Shown: positions 18,264 through 29,889, counted from the whole stretch's first letter. The stretch: 63,327 nt of DNA, filler included, from Myxococcota bacterium (GCA_023150835.1; 3 parts of 3 records of this genome joined end to end with filler, not necessarily neighbours in it), one strand, 5' to 3'. Notes: generated by a model from the sequence alone, not told the origin. A program made the numbers and translations.

Positions 18264-20180
18264 TTATGTTTCGGAGACACCGCGCAGGAGTTCGGCTTTG
18301 GTGCGGAGTTGGGATTCCATCTCTTCGGCGGAGAGGTAGCGCGAGATGCAGCGGGCGTTGGTTTGTCGGATGAATTCGAGGGTGTATTCGTCGTGATGGA
18401 TATCGGTAAGAAAGAGGATGCGATCCGCCACGGCGGAATGACTGGCTTTGATCTGCGCATAAAATTCGAGGCAAAAGTTGGAGAATCCGTGCATATCACA
18501 GAGGATCAGGTTGAGGTCGGGATGTGCATCGACAAGGTCGGTGGCTTCGGTGACGGCGCGTGCAAGAAAGAACGTATGAGGCGGGCTGAGCGTGCGGCGT
18601 AAAGCGCGCATATATCGTTGATCTTGACCAAGCAGAAGGATCGTAAAGCGGTCTTTTTTGATCGGGTTGTAGGGTTTGGCGGCGGGAGCGTCTGGGGCGT
18701 AAGGCGAAGAAGCTGTTTGGGAGGGGTTGTTTCGGAGGTGGGCGATCTCTTCGGAGATGGTCGAGGTTTCGAGTGTAAGATGAGAGAGGGCGGGAAGTTC
18801 GAGTGCTCCGTGTTCACTGGCGACATCGACGATAGAAAGAGCGGAGTCGATCGAGCCTTCGGATTCTTCGTTGAACATCACGGGGAACCAAAGGTTGATG
18901 GTACAACGATCTTCTTTGAGATTGAAAAAGAAGCTGCCTTGGGCTTCTTCGATGATGTGGCGGGCAAACAAGTACTCGTCTCCAAAGTCGTCGAGTGCAG
19001 AAAGGGCGGGTGTTGCGTAGGAAAGGCGCAAGAGGACGCGATCCTCTTTCTGTTCGGCATGGATGGAAAGCGTGATCGGGTGGGAGCCGAGGGTGCGAAG
19101 GTGGCGGCGCAAGCTAAAGAGCAGCATGAGGAAGGCTTGTTGGAGCCGCGTTTTGGGGGCGTAAAGTTGAGATTGAGTTTGCCAATCGGTTTGGAGTTTG
19201 AGGTGGTCCATCCCGGCGAAAGCAAGGGGGAGAAGGGGGGTGAGAAGTTCAGAGACTTGGAGGGGTTCGGAAGTGTGGGTGGCCTGTTGAAGCGAAAGCA
19301 AGAGTTGGAGAAAGTTTTGTTGTTGGAGCAATCCCTCTTGGGAGTCGCGGAAGATGCTATCGAGTTCAGCGCGGAGGGCGTCGAGTTGTTTGCGAGCGAT
19401 GAATTCGAGAGCGCGTTCTTGGGCTTCGGGGGCTGCGCTGAGTCGGATCTCGTCGAAGAAGAAGTCGACGGCTTCTTGGAGGATCTTGAGATCATTTTCG
19501 AGGGCTTCGAGGTTGAGTCCGACATAAGCAAGTGGTGGCCGAGACTCGATCAGCGCGGCGGTTCCGAACTGTAGAAGTCCTTGGAGTGCGGGCGGATCGA
19601 GTAGAGCGCGTTGTTGGTAGCGGGTGAGGCGTCCATCAAGATCGTTGATCAGGTGGGTGCTTTGTAAGAGCAGTGCGCTTTGTTGGGCAAAGAGGCGGAG
19701 AAGATCGCGATCCCAACGAGAAAAAACGCCTTTCTCTTGGCTGTGAAGGATCACCAAAGCCATCGGTCGTTGGGGGGTTTTAAGGGGAAGAAGGCAACGA
19801 TCGAGAAAGGGGACTTCAAGCGTCGGCAGTCCGTACAGAGGGTGGCGTGTGGCGTCTTCTTCGATCCAGATATCGCCGTATTCGAGCAGCTTGGCCCAAC
19901 CACTGCCTGCGAGGGGCTGCCAGTCGCCGAATTGGGCGTTGCCTTCGAGGGATTGCCAGACTTGTAGGTAAGCGTTGGCGTTGTTGTTGAGGAGAAGCAA
20001 GTTGACGCTTTGTACACCGGGGAGTTCGTGGAGAGATTCAAGAAGTTGTCCCGTGAGTTTGCGTTCGTTGTTGTGGGCGAGCGGGTCAAGGGCTGAAAAC
20101 AGGCGAAGCAAGTGACCTGTTTTCAGCAAAGGGGGCTGCGTACCGTCAGAGGGAGTCGCGGATCGTGTCTCTTCTTGCAT
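18264..20180 (-). CDS. GAF, degenerate histidine-kinase-like region and receiver domain
   Basis: GAF (LLPLK..VILHS..FSRWDRDLLRLFAQQ), H-box-like PLAYVGLNLE, C-terminal REC-like DLNLILCD. Confidence 0.65.
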   Translation of the reverse strand: MQEETRSATPSDGTQPPLLKTGHLLRLFSALDPLAHNNERKLTGQLLESLHELPGVQSVNLLLLNNNANAYLQVWQSLEGNAQFGDWQPLAGSGWAKLLEYGDIWIEEDATRHPLYGLPTLEVPFLDRCLLPLKTPQRPMALVILHSQEKGVFSRWDRDLLRLFAQQSALLLQSTHLINDLDGRLTRYQQRALLDPPALQGLLQFGTAALIESRPPLAYVGLNLEALENDLKILQEAVDFFFDEIRLSAAPEAQERALEFIARKQLDALRAELDSIFRDSQEGLLQQQNFLQLLLSLQQATHTSEPLQVSELLTPLLPLAFAGMDHLKLQTDWQTQSQLYAPKTRLQQAFLMLLFSLRRHLRTLGSHPITLSIHAEQKEDRVLLRLSYATPALSALDDFGDEYLFARHIIEEAQGSFFFNLKEDRCTINLWFPVMFNEESEGSIDSALSIVDVASEHGALELPALSHLTLETSTISEEIAHLRNNPSQTASSPYAPDAPAAKPYNPIKKDRFTILLLGQDQRYMRALRRTLSPPHTFFLARAVTEATDLVDAHPDLNLILCDMHGFSNFCLEFYAQIKASHSAVADRILFLTDIHHDEYTLEFIRQTNARCISRYLSAEEMESQLRTKAELLRGVSET

Positions 20181-20378
20181 AACGTACCCTGTGGAAGGTG
20201 GTGAGCGGAACGGTCGTTTGATTTGGGCGCAACGCAGGTGTTGGGTGTTGCTTTTCGGGGATCTCTTATGTGATGTGGGTGGTTTCGCGAGGGGTGTGGG
20301 TCTGCGCAGAGATCCGACGCGGATCGTTATAGGCCAACAGGGGGGGGAGGGTCAACCCGTTTTTTGTGGGGGGTGTTT

Positions 20379-20494
20379 TGTGGGGTGTGACGCCACGCCC
20401 CACCATAGACTGTCGCCCCTTGACTCCGTGTTGGCGAAGAGATCGCAGGTCTTTCAAACCAACGACTCTCTCGCTTGGTGTCACGCGAACACGG
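20379..20494 (-). repeat. Structured repeat family B
   Basis: Reverse complement of the consensus. Confidence 0.7.
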
Positions 20495-20559
20495 GTTTTT
20501 TGTCAAATGCGTAAGTCCTATAGTTTATACGAAAAGCGGAAATGACAAAACTATTTTGT

Positions 20560-20810
20560 TGAATTGCCATCGCAGTTGTTGCAAACGCCTCTGCACTTTT
20601 TGGGGAGTGCTTGTTTTGCGCTGTAAAGTGCTTTCTCAAGGTTGGGAGGATGCGTTGCAGTCGTTGCAAAGGCATTTCTACTGTTTGGGGAGGCTTTGTT
20701 TTGGGATTACGATCGGCTTTTGAAGTGTGGGGGAGCGCTTTGCAACGGCAGCGATCGGCATTTGAAACGTGGGGGAGCGCTTTGCAGCGATTGCAATCGC
20801 GATTTTACAT
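20560..20810. repeat. Degenerate 42-bp periodic tandem array
   Basis: TGGG(G)AG..C motif at about 20601, 20643, 20686, 20728 and 20770. Confidence 0.55.
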
Positions 20811-20893
20811 ATCGGATCAGAAAAAGCAGCACTTGTAGGCGCTCGATCAGCGGCGTGGTTGGTTTGTTTCGGGTTTGTGCGGCGTGAACCCCC

Positions 20894-21009
20894 CCGTGTT
20901 CGCAGGAGTTCAAGCGGCGCAGTTGTTTGTTTGAAAAACCACCGTTGGTTCCGCCGATACGGGGTCAAGGGGACGCAGTTCCCTTGTGGGGTGTGGGGCA
21001 ACGCCCCAC
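20894..21009 (+). repeat. Structured repeat family B
   Basis: Matches the consensus. Confidence 0.8.
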
Positions 21010-21073
21010 AAAAGGAAGAAGCCCGAAAAGAAGAAGCCCGAAAAGAAGAAGCCCACGCAAAACCCCGAGTGGG

Positions 21074-21334
21074 CTAGGATTTTTGGGAGGCGGCTTCTTG
21101 TTCGGAGCGTTCGTCGAGTTCTTCGAGGACCACTTCGTTGCCTTCGACGCGAACGCCGAAGCGGTCGATCTGTGAAGGGTCGATGGCACCGCGATCGACG
21201 AGTTGGCGGAGGATTTCTTTGTGGCGTCGTTCGTGTTCTGCGGGCATCCAGTCGTTGGCGGACTCGTAGTCGACCCAAAGCTCACGGCGTCCAGTTTCGG
21301 GGTCGTGGATGTAAGATATCTTGATCTCGCCCAT
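21074..21334 (-). CDS. Small protein resembling FtsH ternary-system accessory domains
   Basis: DPETGRRELWVDYES..D..PAEHERRH; GGAG RBS; directly downstream of the AAA protease. Family link is from recollection. Confidence 0.7.
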   Translation of the reverse strand: MGEIKISYIHDPETGRRELWVDYESANDWMPAEHERRHKEILRQLVDRGAIDPSQIDRFGVRVEGNEVVLEELDERSEQEAASQKS

Positions 21335-21368
21335 GTATAGGCTCCTTTGGTGGTGTATCGTTTCGAGG

Positions 21369-23540
21369 CTAGTGGGTTTCGGTCTCGGCGCTACCTTCCA
21401 TCTCTTCTTCGGGCCAGCGGAGTCCGAGAAGATCAGCGATGGCCTTGCTGTCCATCTCCCCTTTTTCGGTGAGGGCTTGGGTGAGGGTTTCGAGATCGCT
21501 GCGGCGTTCGGCCAAGAGTTTTTGGGTGATATCGTGTTGTTCTTTGAGGAGTTGGTTGATCTCTTTGTCGATGAGTTCGCGGGTCATGGCACCGACGGAG
21601 GTTTCTTTGCCGTCGCCTGTGCGGTAGACGCGGGGTCCAAAGCGTTCGGACATACCCATGTCTTCGACCATCATACGGGCCATGCTGGTGGCGAAGTCGA
21701 GGTCATTTTTGGCTCCGATATCTTGTTCGCCTTCAAAGATCAGTTCTTCGGCGGCACGGCCTGCGAGAGCGATCTGGATCATCTGAGTGAGGGTTTTGCG
21801 GGTGGCTCCTTGGGTGACGTAGCTGTGGAGCGAGACCATGCCTTCGACGTCGGGGTTGTCGGCTTCGATGGTGACTTTTTGGATGGCTTGTGGTCCGAGC
21901 AACACAGCGGCAAGTAGGGCGTGTCCCGCTTCGTGATAGGCGGCTTTGAGGCGGTCGCGTTCGCGTTTTTTCTTGGAGCGGAAGGGGGCAGGCCCCATCA
22001 CTTCGTTGACTTCTTCGCGGGAGATGGGGAAGGGCGAGCGAAGATCACGTCGGCGGGCTTGAAGGCGTTTGAGTTTTCGAGCGATGCCGTAGAGGTGATC
22101 GCCAGAATAGCGCATATTTCGGGTGGGATCGACATAATTTCCCGTGCGTTCGATCAGGTATTCCATGACTTCTTCGGGGATGGAGAAGCGAAAGCGTTTG
22201 GCGTAGATATCGAGGATCGAGCGGCGAGCGGTGCGATCGGGATAAGGGACGTGGAGTTGGTATTCAAAGCGTCCCGGGCGTAGCAGGGCGGGATCGACGC
22301 TTTGGGAAAAGTTGGTGGTGCCGACGACGAAGACCATCTCTTCTTTGCGAAAGCCGTCCATCTCGGTGAGAAGTTGGTTGACAAGGCTGTGTTCGACACC
22401 TGAGCCGTGATACATACCGCGCTGCGGGGCGATCGCATCAAGTTCGTCGAAGATGATGATGGCGGGTGCGGCAGATCGGGCTTGTGCAAAGATGCGGCGG
22501 AGATTGGCTTCGCTTTCGCCGACCCACTTGGACTTGATCTCGGGGCCGCTGACAACGATGGCGGTGGCGTTGAGTGCGGTGGCCATCGCTTTGGCGAAGT
22601 AGGTTTTTCCCGTACCGGGGGGGCCGTAGAAGAGAAAGCCCCGAGGGAGGGTATCTTCGAGTTCTTGGGCGCGTTCCATCCAAGCGGGATCTTCGCGTAG
22701 TTGGAGGATATCGAGGATCTCTTCGCGGATACGCTTTTTGATATCGTTGTATCCACCGATATCTTTGTCGAGGTCGACTTCGGGGATCTCCATGCCACCG
22801 AGCAAGGTCATCTCGCGCAGAGTGCGTTCGATCTTTTGGCGTTGGGGTTCGCGTTCTTCGGGAGGAAGGGCGATCAGGGGAGGAAATTCAAGAAGGCGAG
22901 CCATGAGTTTGCGCAGTTTGACAGCGTTGAGGCCAGAAACGTACTTGTAGAGGCGAAACAGGTTGAGGTGATCGGTGCCGAAGCGCTGGGCTTCTTCGTA
23001 AGAGATCAGGTGGGGCAAGGTATCACGGCGAAGGCCGACGAGTTCGCGTTTGACGTCGAAGAGGTCTTCGATGGCTTTAGGCAGATGGAGCGCGGGATCG
23101 TTGAAGGCAAGGAAGGTGAGTTCGGGATCTTGGGCCATCGCGGCGATGGATTCGCGAGCAGGCGTTCCGAGGGAGGTTTCGGTGGTGGTGGCGAGCAGAT
23201 CGAGGTGGGGGAGGACGACCACGCTGTCTTCTTCGCCGATGTGATCTTGGACTTGTTGCCAGAGATCTTCGACCATCGCGTGCATAAAGGAGCGGCCTTC
23301 TTTGGAGGGGGGAGACTGGATAAGGATGCAACGCCGCGTCGGATGGCCGTTTCGCAAGCGATCGCGGATCTCTTTGTAAAGCATTAAAGAGAGGGATTTT
23401 TCAGCGATGACGCGCACAGAAAGACCAGAGCGCAGCATGGACTCGATCCAATCGAGATCTTCGGCGTATGCTTTTTTGACGGCAGCTTGGAGAGAGATGC
23501 GGCCTTTGCTGAAATGTTCGGTCGTAATCGGGATCAACAT
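21369..23540 (-). CDS. Soluble FtsH-like AAA+ ATPase with M41 metallopeptidase domain
   Basis: GPPGTGKT, IIIFDELD, TNFSQSVDPALLRPGRFE, HEAGH, GAKNDL; no TM segments. Confidence 0.9.
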   Translation of the reverse strand: MLIPITTEHFSKGRISLQAAVKKAYAEDLDWIESMLRSGLSVRVIAEKSLSLMLYKEIRDRLRNGHPTRRCILIQSPPSKEGRSFMHAMVEDLWQQVQDHIGEEDSVVVLPHLDLLATTTETSLGTPARESIAAMAQDPELTFLAFNDPALHLPKAIEDLFDVKRELVGLRRDTLPHLISYEEAQRFGTDHLNLFRLYKYVSGLNAVKLRKLMARLLEFPPLIALPPEEREPQRQKIERTLREMTLLGGMEIPEVDLDKDIGGYNDIKKRIREEILDILQLREDPAWMERAQELEDTLPRGFLFYGPPGTGKTYFAKAMATALNATAIVVSGPEIKSKWVGESEANLRRIFAQARSAAPAIIIFDELDAIAPQRGMYHGSGVEHSLVNQLLTEMDGFRKEEMVFVVGTTNFSQSVDPALLRPGRFEYQLHVPYPDRTARRSILDIYAKRFRFSIPEEVMEYLIERTGNYVDPTRNMRYSGDHLYGIARKLKRLQARRRDLRSPFPISREEVNEVMGPAPFRSKKKRERDRLKAAYHEAGHALLAAVLLGPQAIQKVTIEADNPDVEGMVSLHSYVTQGATRKTLTQMIQIALAGRAAEELIFEGEQDIGAKNDLDFATSMARMMVEDMGMSERFGPRVYRTGDGKETSVGAMTRELIDKEINQLLKEQHDITQKLLAERRSDLETLTQALTEKGEMDSKAIADLLGLRWPEEEMEGSAETETH

Positions 23541-23570
23541 CCATGTATCCTTTTTGTCGCTGGCGTCTTC

Positions 23571-23687
23571 GACGATATTCGAGAGGATTGTGATCTGCGT
23601 ATCGGTATCCGCTGTAGACGCCCTATGGCTGGGCAGCCCCTGTGGCTGCCCCTACATCGTTCGCTTACACTATGGGCGGATTTCGTG
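23571..23687 (-). mobile_element. MITE family A copy (degenerate)
   Basis: GACGATATTCG...GTAGACGCCC..GGGCAGCCCCTGTGGCTGCCCCTAC...CGGATTTCGT. Confidence 0.7.
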
Positions 23688-23816
23688 TGAGCGCGTGATT
23701 TGACGGGCTGTCCATTCGAGGATTTGCGCCAAAATAATCTTCGTATCCTAAAGCGCCCCTACACAAGAAGCAACCGCTTGTGTTTTCTCGTGTGGATCGA
23801 TTTCGGTCAGTCCTGT

Positions 23817-26800
23817 TCAGGAAGAAAAGAAGCCTTTGAAGAGGTCGCGCAGAGCGCGAGGGAGTTTGTCGCCGAGGGTGGCGGAGAATTCTTCCCAAAG
23901 GGTTTGGAGCAGCCAGTCGCTGATCTCGTGGAGACGTTGGATCTGTTCGATCAGTGCGATGAGTAGACGGCGGGTATCTTGGAGGGGGAGGGTGGCGATC
24001 TCTTTGACAAGGCGCTGGATGATAGCGCGGCAAGGGCCGGTGGCTCCGATGCGTGCGAAGGCAAGCAGAGCATCGGTGAGATAGGCGATGCCGGTGGTTT
24101 GGTGGTCGGGGTGGGCGAGATGGAGATCGGCAAGGGACTGATAACTGAGTGCGATGCCAAAGCCCGATTGAAGGCGATCGCGGTTGATGGCGAGGGCTTG
24201 TTGGAAGTGTTCTTTGGCCGCGTCCCATTCGGTGGCATCGGGGATATCTTGTTTGGTGAGTAGTTTGGCGCATTGGAGGTGTGCTGCGCCAAGGCCCGAA
24301 AAGGACATCGCCATCCCAAGGAAGTCGTTGAGCGCACGTTTGGCTTGGATGGAGCCTTCAAAAGATTCGGCGGCTTGTTGGAGTTGTTCGAGGCTTTGGG
24401 TGGGGTTGTCGTCGAGCGTCGCCAAACCAACGAGGATACGAGCGAGATTGTCGTAGGCTTGGGCAAGAAGTTCGGTCTGCTCGCTGCTGCGGTGCGCAAG
24501 AGTCCGTTGCAAGGCGTCTTCTGCAAGTTGTCGTGCATCCAACAGCAAAGCGCGCTGTTGTTCTTTTGGGAGGGATGCGTGTTGGGTCTCAAAGGCGCGG
24601 CGTTTGACGGAGCTTTGGAGATGGCGGATCCAAGCGCGATGGGGAGAGCGTTCTTCGATGCTCTCGCTCTGCTCGTTTTCTTGGAGCAGAGACCATGCAC
24701 GATCGAGAGCGGTTGCGGCTTCTTCGGGATGGTTGGTGTCGAGTTCGTAGATCCCGAGAAAGCGCAACACGACGGCTTGTTGAGCAGGATCTTTGGTTTG
24801 TTCTTGGATGCGTTGGAGAGCTGATAGATAAACGACGCGCCCTTCTTCATAAGCGCGCTGGCTGAGGCGTCCTCCCGATTCTTGGGCCAGCAGCTTACGT
24901 TTGTTGTCGGCTCGTGCAAGCAAAAGCTCGGTCATCTCTTGCGGAAACGCGATCAGCTGATCGGCATACGCAGGGCGATCGAGCAACAAGCCGAACAATG
25001 CGTCGACTTCGATGTACTGCCCTCGGCGTCCCAAGGCTTGTCCGAGTTCTTGGAGCAAGACCAGATCCCCTCGCGAGATCTCTTTGAGGACCACATCAAG
25101 CACGCCATTGTGGCGCGTTAAAGCCCGAACATCGAGGTTTTGTAGCGCACGAAACAAAATGTAGCGATTGCGTTGCCCAAGGCTTGTGCTGCGATCGTTG
25201 AAATCAGCAACGGCTTGAAAGGCGTGCTCCTCGATCAACCGCAACAAGATCAACGCCAGCGCTCCTTCGAGCGGTCGGAAACGATCGCTGTGCTCGGCCA
25301 TCGCCAACAACCACCCCACAGGATCTTTTTGCATCAAAGATCCTTCCGATCGGCCCGCGTGTTGCGAATCGCGAGGCTCCCTCTGGTCGTCTTCCGTGTC
25401 TTGCGTGTGTTGCGAATCGCGGGACTCCCTCTGGTCGTCTTCCGTGTCTTGCGTGTGCTGCGAAGCGCGGGACTCCCTCTGGTCGTCTTCCGTGTTTTCC
25501 GTGTCTTCCGTGGACTCTTCTTGTGTTGTTGTCTCTGTTGGTTTTGCGGTGGGATTGGGGTGGATGGTTTCCCAGTCGACGGGCGGGAGGGAGTGCCAAT
25601 CGATCTTGTGGGTCCAGAGTTCAAGGAAGACGAGGTATTCTTGGAGTTGTAGGGAAGCAAAGCCAACGGTGCGCAGGGGTCGATCGTGGGGTGTACGCCA
25701 TTGGCGCAGGAGGATACCGCGAGCGCGGAGGTCGTCGTAAACGGTGGTTCCGTATTTGAAGCTATCGAGGAAAGGTGCGAAAGCGGCTTCGGAGAGCAGG
25801 GTGGCTTCGGGGAGGAGGGCTTGCGAGTCCCAGAGGTGGGGGGAGTGGTAGATATCGCTGTTGCCATAGAGCATGCGACAGATCAGGAGAGAGAAGAAGT
25901 CGCGTTCACCTTCTTGGAAACGTTCTATATAGAGTTCAAAGAGGTCGGTGAGGTGGATATCGTCTTTGAGTTCTTTGCGGTGATAAGTTTCCATAACGAC
26001 GGGTAGAAGGGAGGGATGTGCGAGGATGGAGCGTGTCATGCCAAAGCGTTCGAGTTCTTGGATATCGGCGCGTTCGGGGCGGTAGCGTGGTGTGCCGCTG
26101 GTGTCGGTGTAATTGTAGAAGCGTTGGTAAGCGCGGAGCAGTTCGGGTCGTTCAGTTTGGTTGTCATCGCGGAAAGGAGGAAGAGATTGGAGTACACCGT
26201 GAACACCGCTGCGTTCGCGGTAGAAGAGTTCTTGGGGGGGGTGGAAGCTGCCGTTGCGGAGAAAAGACCGCATAGAAGGGTCGTGGAGATGGTGTTCGAG
26301 GAAGCTGCGTCGAATGGAGAGGAAGAGGCGGAACCAAGGGTGAGATCGATGGAGTTTTTGTGCGAGAAGAAGGGCCTCTGCAAAGCGTTGGATGCCGTGT
26401 TTTGGGGTTTCGTGAAAGCCGTCGATGTAGAGGCAAAATTGGGGTCGATCTTCGTTCTGTTTGCGTTGGACGTGGAGGTCAGGATCGAAGAGGCTGCGGA
26501 AGTGTTTGAAGATCTTGAGTAGAGATTGTTCGGGGCGCTTTTGTTGGGCGAGTTGTTCTTCGGGGGAGGATTGGATCTGGAGTTCATGGTAGAGCCATGT
26601 GGCGAGGTTTTGATGGGGTGCAAGGAGTCCGATATCCAAGAAGAAAGTGTAGCGTTTTTCGGGTGGTTTGCGTTCACGGTTGGCGCGGACTTGCAAACGT
26701 GCGTGTTGGAGCAAGAGCAAGGTGTGGCCCATGCCGGCTTCACCGGCGAGCAAGAAGACGTTGGGGGCGTCGATGCGCTCATTTTCGAGGAAGTTGTCGA

Positions 26801-29535
26801 GTTTTTTGGCGTCATCGCGTTCGACCAAAAGGGCTTCTTGTTCGCGCAGGCGGCTACGTGCGAAGACTTGGCGGAAACTGGCGCGGGAGCGTTTTTCGAG
26901 AAACAACAGGTCGATGCCTTCGAGGGTACGGCTTTCTTGCATCTCGCGCAGTTGGGCGAGTTGGTTTTCCCATTCGAGGCTATCGGTGAGGGATAGGGGG
27001 CTTTGCCAGTAATCGCGGTTGTCGCTGTGGCCGATGGCGCGGAGGTGAAGTTGCGGGCTGCGGTTGATGTTGTAAGCCCACCAGAGGGCTTTGGGAAGAT
27101 GTCCATGAAGTAGGCGTTGGGGTTGGGGAGGGGGATTCCAAGAAAGCTGTAGGGCAGGGGAGAGGCGGAGTGGAGTGAATTGTTCGTAGGTGAGATAGAG
27201 TTTGTGTGCTTCAAGATGAGAGGGTGCATCGTGGAGGGGTTGGAGCCAAGGGGTGACGCCGCTCATGGTGATCTGCCACCAAGAGGCGCGAGGTGCATCG
27301 TGTGTCGTCGAGGGATCGGGGAAGCAAAAGAAAAAGGTGGGTCGGGCGGCCATTCCTTCGCTGTATCGGAGCAAGGCGCGATGGAGGATCTGGGTGTAGC
27401 GAGAGAGTAGGTCTTGGAGGCGCAGAGAACGTTGGGTGAGATCGTGGCCGAGGGCTTCGGGTCGGAGGGCTTCTTTCATCTCGAAAAAGATCTGGAGGGG
27501 ACTGGCTTGGGCGGTGCCTTCGGGGGATGTAGGTGGTTGTTGTGAAGCGGTCCATTGTGCAAAGCGATGAAAAGGCGCGATCCAGCTATTGGGATCTTCG
27601 AGGGTGGGGATTTGCGCAAAGAATTCTTTCCATCCTTGGGGATCTTCGAGAGAGAGTTTTTCGAGAGCGTCGGTGTATTCAGGGGTTCGCTCGAAGCCTT
27701 CACCTTCGAGGTAGGCGGAGACAAGGATCACCGCGTTGAAATGTTGGAGGCTCCAAAAAGTGTCGTGGATGGTCTGGAGCTTGCGCAAGATCAAGTCTTC
27801 TGCGGATTGAAGTTGTTGGCGGTGTTGGCGGTAGAGGTCGCGTTGCTGTTGGAGAGCATCGCCTTGTAAGGGGGCTTGTTTGGCTTGCTGTTGGAGAGCA
27901 TCAAGTTGTTGAGCGAGTTGAGACAGGGTGTTTTGGATGTGTTGGCGGGCGTATCGTTGTTGGGTGACTTGGTGGAAGAGGCGGGCGACAGGCCAAGGAA
28001 AGCTGAGTCGTACAAGCGAAGCAAGAGCGACGGTGGCTTCAGGCGTTTGAGGATCTTGGCAGACGGAAGAAAGCAGTGATTGGGCGATGGGGAGTCCAGC
28101 GTTGGGGTGGCCGCTGGCTTGGTCGGCATACCCCATCGCACGCAAGATCGCCAAGCGAAGCGTGGGAGCGGCTTTTCGTAAGTTGGCGAGTTCTTGGATC
28201 GCGGTGTCGATGCCGATGTGACCGAGTGCATCAAGAATGGTGTGGAGCTGTTCGTCTGGAGAAGAGACAGCAGATGCGGCAAATGGATCGGTGGGATCGG
28301 AGATGACGGAGGATTCGAGTGGAACGGTGGTTTTGGATGTGGCGGTTTCGGAGATGGCGGAGGATTCGAGTGGAACGGTGGTTTTGGATGTGGCGGTTTC
28401 GGAGATGACGGAGGATGCGAGTGGAGCGGTGGTTTTGGATGTGGCGGTTTCGGGGATGGCGGAGGATTCGGGTGGGGTGGGTTGTAAGGCTTGAAGAGCG
28501 AGCAGGAGTTCTTGTGTGGTGGATTGCCAGATGGGAAGGTCTCCATCGAGGGCGGGGCGTTGTAGTCGTGCGATGGAAAGGATGGAACGTGTGGCAGCGA
28601 GCCGAATTACGGGTGAGGGTTCGCGTAGGAGGGTTTGGAGGACAAAGAGGGCGCGGTTGCGGAGTTGCCAGATCTGTTCGCTGGTGAGGAGTTCGGTTTC
28701 GATATCGCTGAGGGCGACGCTGTGTTCGCCATAACGGACGGAACGCTCAACGACGCGAGCGATCTCTTGGAGTATACGGGCGCGGATGGCATCTTCGGGG
28801 GGGATGAACAACCAACGGACCCAAGGCCCGAGGATAGGCCAATTGCGGAAAGCGTAGAGTCTTCGCCATCGGTCGGTTCGGAGGGTGGGGGCTGCGATGC
28901 CGATCAGGGCCTCAAGAGCCCAAGCGCGATCTTGCATATTTCCGATTAAGTTGATCTGTTCTTCGCGGAGTATTCGGCTCCATCGCTCTTCGGGGGGCAT
29001 GGGTGTGGGTTTGAGGAAGGGCAGGAGGCGCGGAAGGGCGCGGGTACGCATCCATTGAAAAAACCAGATCAGGCCAGCGAGAGGGTCGAGCAGCGCGTGG
29101 TTGCCTTTGACGCCGCGCACAAGGAAAGCGGCCCAGATACGGGGATAACTATCGACAGTGCGTTGGATGCTGTCTTGGTGTTGTTTGAGGGGGTGGGCAG
29201 CGTTGGCGTCGTTGGCGTCGACAGCTTCTCGGTTGACGCGGATGCCGAGAAAGGAATCCATCAGGAGCAGGTAGATCAGCAAAAGTCGCTTGGCATAAAA
29301 GAAGATCAGAAGGGCGCGAAGCAGCGAGCCAACAAGCGTATAGCCCGCACCAAGAGCGAGGTATTCGGGTTGGCCGGTCGAAGGGCTGTAGACGAGCTTT
29401 TGCGTGTGTGCATCGCGAGCGTGGATCTGGCCGATGACAGTAAATCGTAGCCAGTCGGTGAGCGTGGGGCGCAAGAGTTGATCGGAGGGTGCGGAGGGGA
29501 GGGAGGGTGCGGAGGGGAGGGAGGGTGCGGAGGGG
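23817..29535 (-). CDS. Giant HEAT-like, STAND-like NTPase and TPR protein; 5' end lost at the contig break
   Basis: Open frame of more than 1885 aa running into the gap; FLLAGEAGMGHT and LYIDGFHE; C-terminal TPR-like helices; internal 48-bp and 51-bp repeats. Confidence 0.7.
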
Positions 29536-29635
29536 NNNNNNNNNNNNNNNNNNNNNNNNNNNNNNNNNNNNNNNNNNNNTTAATTAATTAANNNNNNNNN
29601 NNNNNNNNNNNNNNNNNNNNNNNNNNNNNNNNNNN
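29536..29635. other. Artificial contig linker
   Basis: N44-TTAATTAATTAA-N44, with stops in all six frames. Confidence 0.97.
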
Positions 29636-29744
29636 TGAGGCGAACAAACAGCTTTTGCCCGACTGGGAGAAGAGCTTTTGTGTGGGAGAACAGAGAATTC
29701 CGAGGCAGCGAGGGCGTATGGGACCATAGCGCATAACGGGGTGA

Positions 29745-29850
29745 TACGAGATCCGCCTGTAGTGTGATCGTCAAAGGTAGGGGCAGCCTTGTGTGGCTGC
29801 CCAATCACAGGGCGTCTACGTACTCTCGTACACATCACCCAGATATAGTA
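29745..29850 (+). mobile_element. MITE family A copy (right end degenerate)
   Basis: TGA|TACGAGATCCGCC...CAGATATAGTA. Confidence 0.75.
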
Positions 29851-29889
29851 TCGATCACCACGCCCCTTCCCCCCGCCTTTCCACTCCAA

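Noticed and set aside
29536-29635. TTAATTAATTAA within N runs (also at 58695-58794) as a biological motif
   Set aside because: It is an identical 100-bp six-frame-stop linker, so it is an assembly artefact and genes on either side are not neighbours
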